Below, piece after piece: positions 28,321-35,304 of a stretch of DNA of 64,000 nt; the stretch's first letter is position 1, and every line of letters begins with the position of its first letter. Source of the DNA: Nitrospinales bacterium (GTDB lineage: Bacteria > Nitrospinota > Nitrospinia > Nitrospinales > JAJDAT01); contig JAYOZP010000002.1 in NCBI GenBank assembly GCA_038154245.1, forward strand, positions 114,928 through 178,927. The letters are read 5' to 3'. The notes under the pieces were generated by a model. It was not told the origin of the DNA. It did not search any database and saw nothing but the letters and a program-made list of their open reading frames with translations. The position numbers and the translations under genes are program-made.

Positions 28321-30903
28321 TCAATTATTCAAATTACGATTGCTAGGGCGTATATGAATACCTAGTTTTTCATTTATCCATTGTTTATCTTTATATTCAA
28401 TTTGGTTTAAGTAGCTATGTTGAATTACTAATTCTTGGAGCAATCGCCTACCAATCGGATTTCCTTCTAGGTCCGAGTATAATTTATCCAAAAGTTTTCT
28501 TGGAATATCTTTTGTGAATTCTAAATGGATGGCAATTTCAACTAAACGATGGGCAGGAGAATTTTTATTTTCCTCACTTATTTCTTCAAATACTTCTAGT
28601 AATTTTTCTGTACCTATAGAATTCCCTATTTTCCTTATTACCGAAAAAGAGGTTCCATAACATAACATTACGAATATGTTCTTTGCTATTTTAGCAATAT
28701 CCTTACTAGACAAATCACTTTTTACTTTGATGAGAGACCCAATGAAGTTTATTAATTGGTCTTTATCGTCTTTTGTTGCTGAAAGAAAAAAATTTAAGAA
28801 TTTCAATCCGGAGGAATAAGCGGATAATGTTAAATCTTTTAAGTCTTGCTTAGTTAATGAGCCGTATCTATTTCTTAAAATTTGACCAATGATTTCAACA
28901 ATCCTCACCGAGCGGTTAATTTCGCGATAAATTTTATTTTCATCCTCCGGGGTTAAAATCTCTAATTCTTCTTCTGTATCTTCAATCTCATCTTGAATTT
29001 CATCTTTAGTTTTAAGACGTTTTTTTCTTTCCTCATCTACATTTTTTTGATCAATCACCAAACTAGGGATTGTATCCATATAGTCGTAAAGGTAATCAGT
29101 ATCAGAAATATCTAATGTTATTGGATCAGTGCCATCAAATATTGTCAAAGCAGTAAGAAGTATTTCATCGGTAACATATTGATTTTTTGAATGGTGAACT
29201 AAAAAAATCAAAATATTTGCGTTTTTTTCCGTATGTAAGTTATTACATAAATCTTCAACAATTTTTTTATAACTTTCATTATTCAAATGATCGGCTATAT
29301 GTTTAGCGACATAAAAATAAAAAATATACCTATAGTTAAAACTATAATCGCCATCTTTTTCTTTAATGATTCCCGAAGTGATTAAGACTTTAATAATTTT
29401 TTCATGAGACTCTAAGACAAAGCTTTTGCTATATTCTTTTTTAAATTGGTCTAATTGTTTTTCGTTAATAGACTCACTCCCCGTTAAAAAAATAAAATAA
29501 GCTAGTTGGGTGGAATAATTTAAATAACCATCAAAATCACTTGCATTAATTTTGGCCTTACTTAATGCCCCTTGAATTAAGTTTTGGTAACAATGGCCAT
29601 AAGAAGTCAAGGAATAGTCAGAAGGAGTAGTGGTATCAAGTAATTGTATGATTGATAAAACATAAATTGGCTTAGGGGGAACAATGTTTTCTCTTATTAT
29701 GGCGTCAACATGACACATTACGGTATCAGTTTCATTATGAATTGTTACAACATCAATCGTATCTTCTTCCCCCATGCTAACCCATTTTTCAATTAGTTCA
29801 CATCGCCGGGAATTTCCGAAAGGAAATATTTCATATTGTTCAAAATCGGCCAGTTCAATAAACTTTGTTTCCATATACATAATTGAGGTATGAGAAAATA
29901 ATACCAAATGATCAACTAAGCTTAAGACATTATCGAGAAATTTCTTTTGCGCTCGGATATTTAATTTTATTTGGTCATAATCATCTACAATTAAAATTAT
30001 TTTACAATTTTCGGAAATAAAATCTTTGTATGTTTGGTTAGAGTATTGTTCAGAAATTAGCTTACTTATTAAGTCCTCGGGTTTTTGGGAACTAATTTTT
30101 ATTCCATTGCAAAATAAAGGAAGGCAATTATCATTAAAATAAGATTTAAAAAATATTTTGGCTAAAGAAGTCTTTCCGCTTTGTTCTTCTCCCATGATTA
30201 GAACTTTATTTGGTAGATTTTCTACTTTATCTAGAGTTTTTGAGTTTATTTTTCTATCAATTACTTCAATATTTTTTTTTATCTTTTTTAAATCAGGAAA
30301 AACAAATATATCGTCTAAATAAACTTTTTCCTTTTTGCGATTTTGAAAAATAACCTCGGTATCATTTAGTTTGTTAGCGAAATCGGAATTTAATGTAAAT
30401 TTATTGAATAAAAAATTTGAATCAGTTGTTTTCTCGAATGAAGAATTAATTTTTTTCACTGAATCTTTTATTGAATTAATAACTTGAATCCATGCGGAAT
30501 CTCTTTGATTACCATAAGTACTAACGGGTTTTCCATCTTTTGGTGCAGCTAAATACTCTCCTAGTTCACTATCTTGCCAATCACAAGGCTTTATTATTAT
30601 TGGGATAATTCTACATTCATTATTTTTTAATCGATCTAACGTTTCTTTTAGCTCAACTTCATAGCAGTACCAGGATTTTAGAAAATTTGCGCTAACCAAA
30701 AAAGCTATTAACTTAGAATTTAATAAATTTTTTTTTATTTCTGGATCTAATTTATCTCCAACGACCAATTTATTATCGGTCCACTCTCCTATTAAACCAT
30801 TCCTTTTGATGGTTGAAATGTGCGTTAATAGTTCATCTAAATATGTTTTATCGTTATGAGAATAGCTAATAAACAACTTTAATGGAGGAGGTTTGTCGTT
30901 CAT
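28321..30903 (-). CDS. TIR-domain + P-loop STAND-like NTPase + helical C-terminal region (candidate single-gene defence protein)
   Basis: aa 9-110 form a TIR_2-like domain (LFISYSHNDKTYLDEL, AFLVSANFLKSWYCYEVEL with the conserved Glu, IIPIIIKPC). Walker A GEEQSGKT is at aa 238-245 and Walker B IILIVDDYD at aa 302-309. About 450 further aa have no motif I recognise. The two 60-nt lines I counted are 20-25% GC. Confidence 0.75.
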   Translation of the reverse strand: MNDKPPPLKLFISYSHNDKTYLDELLTHISTIKRNGLIGEWTDNKLVVGDKLDPEIKKNLLNSKLIAFLVSANFLKSWYCYEVELKETLDRLKNNECRIIPIIIKPCDWQDSELGEYLAAPKDGKPVSTYGNQRDSAWIQVINSIKDSVKKINSSFEKTTDSNFLFNKFTLNSDFANKLNDTEVIFQNRKKEKVYLDDIFVFPDLKKIKKNIEVIDRKINSKTLDKVENLPNKVLIMGEEQSGKTSLAKIFFKSYFNDNCLPLFCNGIKISSQKPEDLISKLISEQYSNQTYKDFISENCKIILIVDDYDQIKLNIRAQKKFLDNVLSLVDHLVLFSHTSIMYMETKFIELADFEQYEIFPFGNSRRCELIEKWVSMGEEDTIDVVTIHNETDTVMCHVDAIIRENIVPPKPIYVLSIIQLLDTTTPSDYSLTSYGHCYQNLIQGALSKAKINASDFDGYLNYSTQLAYFIFLTGSESINEKQLDQFKKEYSKSFVLESHEKIIKVLITSGIIKEKDGDYSFNYRYIFYFYVAKHIADHLNNESYKKIVEDLCNNLHTEKNANILIFLVHHSKNQYVTDEILLTALTIFDGTDPITLDISDTDYLYDYMDTIPSLVIDQKNVDEERKKRLKTKDEIQDEIEDTEEELEILTPEDENKIYREINRSVRIVEIIGQILRNRYGSLTKQDLKDLTLSAYSSGLKFLNFFLSATKDDKDQLINFIGSLIKVKSDLSSKDIAKIAKNIFVMLCYGTSFSVIRKIGNSIGTEKLLEVFEEISEENKNSPAHRLVEIAIHLEFTKDIPRKLLDKLYSDLEGNPIGRRLLQELVIQHSYLNQIEYKDKQWINEKLGIHIRPSNRNLNN

Positions 30904-31253
30904 AATTAATGGTCTATTAAGGTGATATAAAAATAGTTGATTAGATTTTTAGAATATTACCATATTCATTTACCATAATGGTATACCAAATTTAATTCCA
31001 ATTTAGAAAATGCATCAATAGCCTTTTTAAATAAAAAGAATTTCTTCGAGTTAGACCAGATGGCAAAGTGGTTTTACTCGGATAAGTTTTTTAAAGTTGG
31101 CTATTTAGCTAGTTTTCTTCAAGCGAATTGGATTTTTTTACTACGGTGAGCAGCAATAAACGATACACAAGCTTTAAGAATTTTTCTTTTAAAAGTGAGA
31201 TACATGGGTGAGATACATAGTATATAATGTGATCTTTCTTAGTGACTAATCAA

Positions 31254-31262
31254 TGTTATAAT
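31254..31262 (+). promoter_or_regulatory. Candidate extended -10 promoter element for ssrA
   Basis: TGTTATAAT ends 24 nt before the mature tmRNA 5' end. No good -35 was found. Confidence 0.3.
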
Positions 31263-31286
31263 AAGTTAACGCATGAATCGAAATTT

Positions 31287-31640
31287 GGGGGCGACCTGGC
31301 TTCGACGGGAGTAAAGAGACCCTGGTTGCATGTACGGGATACCGTTGGCCCGTTAAAAAACGGTAACATCATAATTGCTAACGATTATGACATCGCTGTA
31401 GCAGCTTAATTTCTGCTACCGTTCTCTCCTTCTTTCGTCCGTAAGAGGGAAGCGAACGTTATAAAACGGACTGGCTAGATTTGTGAGCCTTGGGCAAATT
31501 TGGCGAGATTTTTAAAGGCTGGCTTAAATTAAATCCTGTTCGTGGGAGTTGATTAAAGCGAGATCTTAAAACACGAAATAAGCATGTAGACGCCTTGCGT
31601 TAAAGACTTTCGGACGGGGGTTCGATTCCCCCCGCCTCCA
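31287..31640 (+). ncRNA. ssrA: tmRNA (SsrA), tag peptide ANDYDIAVAA
   Basis: The 5' GGGGGCG pairs with the 3' CGCCTCC, including a G3:U pair, with discriminator A at 31640. T-arm GGGGGTTCGATTCCCCC. Resume codon GCT is at 31377, and the reading frame GCT AAC GAT TAT GAC ATC GCT GTA GCA GCT TAA ends at 31409. CCA is not encoded. Confidence 0.95.
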
Positions 31641-31881
31641 TAAATTTCCATATTCCCCCCTATAATATAATAAACTACCATCCTCCGCAGTCTGGGAAAC
31701 AGAGGTATTTAAAGTTAAATTTCGGTAGGGTCAGAAAAAGAAAAAGCCCCTGAAAGGTAAACCTCCAGAGGCTTTTTTCGACAATATTATGGGGAGCGGT
31801 CTAAAGAAGTATGCTCCAGAATTTGATTCCAATCTTCTAAAGTTTTAAATAGCTGTTTAGATATTTCTCTCCTCACCTCCA
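31641..31881. repeat. Islet repeat unit 1 (segments A1-B1-C1)
   Basis: A1 31641-31701 (TAAATTTCCATATTCCC...AGTCTGGGAAACA). B1 31702-31780 includes an imperfect hairpin flanked by A and T runs. C1 31801-31881 ends in a tmRNA-3'-like sequence. Confidence 0.7.
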
Positions 31882-31882
31882 A
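31787..31882 (-). CDS. Conserved micro-ORF, copy 1 (31 aa, TTG start)
   Basis: (M)EVRREISKQLFKTLEDWNQILEHTSLDRSP. Within codons 6-27 it differs from copy 3 at 5 synonymous codons and one E/D change. Followed by a conserved ATAATATTGTCGAAAAAA + hairpin + T-run. Confidence 0.4.
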   Translation of the reverse strand: MEVRREISKQLFKTLEDWNQILEHTSLDRSP

Positions 31883-32095
31883 ATTATTGCGATCTTATAA
31901 AATAAAAGAAAGCTCCCTGAAAATTGACCTTTGAAGTTCAACGAAACGAAAACGGGAAAACGTCTGTTTTTTTCATAAATTTCCGGTAATTTATGTTTTC
32001 GTTTTCTTAGAATTCAAACCACGAGAAGTTTTTGCAAATTCCGACAAAATATTATAGACTGAATATTATCTGTTAATTTTCTGTTTAGGTGGATT

Positions 32096-32395
32096 ATGTT
32101 TTCAATGGATGCTATATACCCCGTGTCAGACTTTAGCCGTAAACCCGCTGAACATATCAAACGTTTAAAAAAAACGGGTAAGCCAGCAATACTCACGGTG
32201 AACGGTAAAGCCCAGATTGTCGTGCAGGATGCCAAAGCCTATGAAGAAATGGTTGAGCTTTTAGATAGCTTGGAGAGCATTGCCTTATCTGCAAAACAAC
32301 ACGATGAAGGAAAAGCGTCACCAGCAAAAGAAGTTTTTGCTAGACTGGAGAAGCGTTTATCTAAAAAATACCCGAATGCAACGCTTCAAGATTAG
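32096..32395 (+). CDS. Phd/YefM-family antitoxin
   Basis: IYPVSDFSRKPAEHIKRLKKTGKPAILTVNGKAQIVVQDAKAYEEMVE is the typical Phd/YefM N-terminal fold signature. SD AGGTGGA. Overlaps the toxin start by 20 nt. Confidence 0.8.
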   Translation: MFSMDAIYPVSDFSRKPAEHIKRLKKTGKPAILTVNGKAQIVVQDAKAYEEMVELLDSLESIALSAKQHDEGKASPAKEVFARLEKRLSKKYPNATLQD

Positions 32396-32678
32396 TATTC
32401 CGCTCCATGTTGAAAATGAAATTGAGCATTATATTGATGTCATTGCCCAAGATAATATCAAAGCGGCTTTGAACTGGTATCGAGAGATCGAAGCGCAAAT
32501 TTATACCTTAGATCAAGATCCGAAACGTTGCCCGGTAGCATTTGAAAACCGTTTTCATGAATACGAAATAAGAAACCTAATATTCGGCAATTATCGAGTG
32601 CTCTTCCGTATAGAAAATAAGACAGTTCAAATTCTCCATGTCAAACACGGAAAAATGGAACGCAAACCGTTAGAGTAG
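32376..32678 (+). CDS. RelE/ParE-family toxin
   Basis: 100 aa counted from M33 of the tracked ORF: MQRFKISIPLHVENEIEHYIDVIAQDN...YEIRNLIFGNYRVLFRIENKTVQILHVKHG. This follows the ParE/RelE pattern, and the gene is paired with an upstream antitoxin. Confidence 0.75.
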   Translation: MQRFKISIPLHVENEIEHYIDVIAQDNIKAALNWYREIEAQIYTLDQDPKRCPVAFENRFHEYEIRNLIFGNYRVLFRIENKTVQILHVKHGKMERKPLE

Positions 32679-32750
32679 GGAAATCTGAAAAGTTTAGGGC
32701 GGCGCTTTGAAAAAACTATTTTGTTCTGTTTCAAGTTGTCTATACCTCAC

Positions 32751-33040
32751 ATTCCGGGAAACAGAGGTTTTAAAGGGGGTAAATTTCGATAAGATCAGAA
32801 AAAGAGAAAGCCTCCAGAGGAAGGACATCTGAGGGCTGATTTTTTTTGGTAGTATAATTACCCAAAGAAGTATGTTCTAGAATCTGGTTCCATTCTTCTA
32901 AGGTCTTAAATAATTGTTTCGATATTTCTCCCCTTGCCTCCATAACTTTCCATATTCCCCTCTATAATATAATAAGCTACCATCTTCCGTAGTCTGGGAA
33001 ACAAAAAAGCCTTCGAAGGAAAACCTCCGAGGGAGAGCCT
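32751..33040. repeat. Islet repeat unit 2 (segments B2-C2-A2 plus a partial B)
   Basis: B2 from GGGAAACAGAGGTTTTAAAGG at 32756. C2 32863-32942. A2 32943-33003 is near-identical to A1. A partial hairpin GCCTTCGAAGGAAAACCTCCGAGGG follows. Confidence 0.7.
32770..32943 (-). CDS. Conserved micro-ORF, copy 2 (57 aa, lacks the early stop and reads through the hairpin)
   Basis: MEARGEISKQLFKTLEEWNQILEHTSLGNYTTKKNQ... Codons 6-28 differ from copy 3 at 7 codons, all synonymous. Confidence 0.35.
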   Translation of the reverse strand: MEARGEISKQLFKTLEEWNQILEHTSLGNYTTKKNQPSDVLPLEAFSFSDLIEIYPL

Positions 33041-33095
33041 TAACCTTTCCGCATAAGGATGGATTTAAATAAAGATATTCTGCTATAATAAAAAT

Positions 33096-33329
33096 ATGAG
33101 TGAAACATACCTAAATGGAAAAATCACTGTAACATCTCTTTCTGCGCCAACGGCTAATGACTTGGAGAAGTTACGGGTATTGTCAGAGGAAGATAGAAAC
33201 ACTTTGCTTAACGAAGCGTTGGAACGTGGTCGTAATAGCGGGGTGAGCGACAAAACAGTTGATGAAATTTGGGATTCAGCGCTTCTAAAAGCCAAAGCAA
33301 TAAAAGAAAAATCCCAATATGCGCTATAG
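33096..33329 (+). CDS. Putative antitoxin (ParD/CC2985-like C-terminal motif)
   Basis: 77 aa. LEKLRVLSEEDRNTLLNEALERGRNSGVSDKTVDEIW resembles the ParD-family C-terminal segment. Its stop overlaps the ATG of a parE-like reading frame. Confidence 0.5.
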   Translation: MSETYLNGKITVTSLSAPTANDLEKLRVLSEEDRNTLLNEALERGRNSGVSDKTVDEIWDSALLKAKAIKEKSQYAL

Positions 33330-33604
33330 GCTTTCTAAGAAAGCTGTAGCTGATCTTGAGAATATTCTTATCGAAGGAATTCTTACTTTTGGCGAGTTGC
33401 AAGCCTTAAAATATCAGGATTCATTTAAGAAAACATTCGATTTGCTTGCCTATATTAGGACGTTGGAGCGAGCGTAGCAACACAAATGAACATCGATTTT
33501 TGCATGGTTCGCATGTTATCTATTATCGTATAGAGTCTGAGGAGATTGTGATTGAAAGTATAATTTATGGTCCAATCATTACAGATATTTGGGGCGATAG
33601 GTGA
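33319..33604 (+). pseudogene. parE-family toxin gene inactivated by a frameshift near 33450
   Basis: Frame 1 reads MRYRLSKKAVADLENILIEGILTFGELQALKYQDSFKKTFDLLAYIRTLERA* (stop at 33475). Frame 2 continues PILGRWSERSNTNEHRFLHGSHVIYYRIESEEIVIESIIYGPIITDIWGDR* (stop at 33602-33604). Joined, the two frames match the ParE pattern. Confidence 0.7.
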
Positions 33605-33763
33605 AGGGAAAAAGCCCCCGGAGGAAAACCTCCGAGGGCTGTTTTTTCGACAATATTATTTCCTATGGAGACGGAAAGTCACCTAAAGAAGTATGCTCCA
33701 GAATTTGATTCCATTCTTCCAGGGTTTTAAATAATTGTTTCGATATTTCATCCCCTGGCTCCA
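33605..33763. repeat. Islet repeat unit 3 (segments B3-C3)
   Basis: Hairpin GCCCCCGGAGG-AAAA-CCTCCGAGGGC flanked by A and T runs (33611-33650). C3 33683-33763. Confidence 0.7.
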
Positions 33764-33764
33764 T
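33663..33764 (-). CDS. Conserved micro-ORF, copy 3 (33 aa)
   Basis: MEPGDEISKQLFKTLEEWNQILEHTSLGDFPSP. The ATG is the reverse complement of the tmRNA-3'-like CCAT. Followed by a conserved 3' region and hairpin terminator. Confidence 0.45.
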   Translation of the reverse strand: MEPGDEISKQLFKTLEEWNQILEHTSLGDFPSP

Positions 33765-33852
33765 TTCTCACCAGATAATTAATCAAGTGTATTTGTGTGT
33801 TACAACCCACCTTTTAAGTTTATAAAAAACTTAATTACCTCTTTCAAAATAA

Positions 33853-35304
33853 ATGTCTAATTTTCTGAAGATTAAAGCCTGGCTGAAAACTCCAGATAAT
33901 TATTTACTAGCAATTACTTTTATATTTCTAATTGTTGGTATTTATTTTCGTTTTGAAGCATTCGAGGTGGTGCGAATAACAGAATGGGTTACCAGAGATT
34001 TTGATAGAGCCTTTCATTTATTCGATGGAGATTATATTCCTCTTGCAGGGTCGGAGAGAAATGCGGGAGGAAGGCTTCTAGGACCTTTTTTATATTTCTT
34101 TTTGGCAATTCCCTTATTTTTTAAATATTCCTATGAATCGATATACGCTTTCAATTTGATTCTAAATATTGCTTCTCTTATTTTTTTCTTTTGGTTGATT
34201 AAAAAGTATTTTGGAAAAGTTACAGGAGCTTTTGCTGCAATTTTATTATCGGTGAGCATTGTTCACATAGATAGCGCGGGTTTCCCCATAAATCCTACCT
34301 TTATATTTCCTTTGATTTTCATATTCTTATGGCTCTTATTCAAAATTGTAATAGAAAATCAAATAAAGTATTTCTCCTGGATTTTTGTGACGATTTCATT
34401 GGGAATCCAAATGCATTTTTCACTGGCAACCTATTACCTCATTCCATTGGTTGCCTGTTTAGCGTTAAAAATCAAAATCACTAAAACCGAGATAGTCAAA
34501 ACCGTACTTTTCTCACTTCTTTGTTTTACGCCTTATCTGATTTATAAATTCCAATTTTATGAACCAGAAATTAAATTGACTGAAACTTTCTTTAACCAGG
34601 GAATCTCGTTGGTTTCTTTTTTAAAGACAATTTTGCTTCATGATTTGTTTTTAAGAATTAATCAAGAAATGTCAATTTACGGATATTACACGATACCAAA
34701 CTATATCCGAATTCTAAATTATCTGTTTTCGATAATTTCATTTTATGGTTTGATCTTTTTAATCGTTATTCATTATAGAAAAAACAATTTTCAGAAATGC
34801 AAAAAAGAAGTTTTGTTAATTTTAACATTTTATATTCCCGCGCTTATTTATGCCCTAAGTAAGCCGCAAAACGTCTGGCACTTTTGGTATTACTTTATTT
34901 TTATTATTCCGATGATTCTGATTAAGGCTCGTTTTTTATTCAACTGTATACAAAAAATAACCAATGAAACTTTATTAAAAATTGCGAGTTTTTCGGTCGT
35001 TACATTTATTTCTTTTATAGCTTTAATTAGTTTAATAAGTTTTCATAAAGTGAGCGTAGGCTTTGCGCAGATCGTGAGATTAGAAAGTTTTAGTAATCCT
35101 AGAAACCTGACTTTGGTTTATAGCAGACTAATGTCCAATTTAGGATTAACGCCCAAGGAATTTTTTGATAGCGCGTTTATTGAAGGAGACTCGGTAGGAT
35201 CGTTTAAATTTTTAGAATTGGCTTACGATAAGCAAGCTGTGAAAAGGGCAAGCCTTCCAACGCTCAAAGCTGTTTTTATATTGTGCCGGGTGGGTATAAG
35301 TTAG
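33853..35304 (+). CDS. Polytopic membrane protein, GT-C/ArnT-PMT_2-like
   Basis: 483 aa with about 11 hydrophobic segments. The first loop DFDRAFHLFDGDYIPLAGSERNAGGRLLGPFLYFFLAIPLFF resembles the ArnT/PMT_2 family. No search was run. Confidence 0.4.
   Translation: MSNFLKIKAWLKTPDNYLLAITFIFLIVGIYFRFEAFEVVRITEWVTRDFDRAFHLFDGDYIPLAGSERNAGGRLLGPFLYFFLAIPLFFKYSYESIYAFNLILNIASLIFFFWLIKKYFGKVTGAFAAILLSVSIVHIDSAGFPINPTFIFPLIFIFLWLLFKIVIENQIKYFSWIFVTISLGIQMHFSLATYYLIPLVACLALKIKITKTEIVKTVLFSLLCFTPYLIYKFQFYEPEIKLTETFFNQGISLVSFLKTILLHDLFLRINQEMSIYGYYTIPNYIRILNYLFSIISFYGLIFLIVIHYRKNNFQKCKKEVLLILTFYIPALIYALSKPQNVWHFWYYFIFIIPMILIKARFLFNCIQKITNETLLKIASFSVVTFISFIALISLISFHKVSVGFAQIVRLESFSNPRNLTLVYSRLMSNLGLTPKEFFDSAFIEGDSVGSFKFLELAYDKQAVKRASLPTLKAVFILCRVGIS

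Larger units (their letters stand above)
31641..33763. mobile_element. Decayed tandem tmRNA-associated islets (three units, no integrase), carrying two TA modules
   Basis: Three degenerate copies of the tmRNA 3' end lie downstream of ssrA: ...CACCTCCA ending 31881, GTTTCGATATTTCTCCCCTTGCCTCCA ending 32942, and ...CCCCTGGCTCCA ending 33763. The 60-nt post-tmRNA flank is repeated at 32943-33003. Confidence 0.55.

Noticed and set aside
28321-30903. The TIR gene as the ThsB component of a Thoeris system.
   Set aside because: No ThsA-type (SIR2/TM or Macro-SLOG) gene is adjacent. The TIR domain is also fused to its own P-loop NTPase, which points to a STAND/NLR-like single-gene architecture instead.
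32280-32375. N-terminal 32-codon extension of the RelE/ParE toxin ORF as listed in the track.
   Set aside because: The extension lies inside the antitoxin gene in another frame. The ParE-like sequence begins at the ATG at 32376, which gives the usual short antitoxin-toxin overlap.
31641-33763. Integron-like cassette array as an interpretation of the TA modules separated by hairpin-containing repeats.
   Set aside because: There is no intI gene or attI. The repeats are about 160-290 bp, longer than attC sites. They contain tmRNA 3'-end copies, which fits successive site-specific integration at ssrA better.
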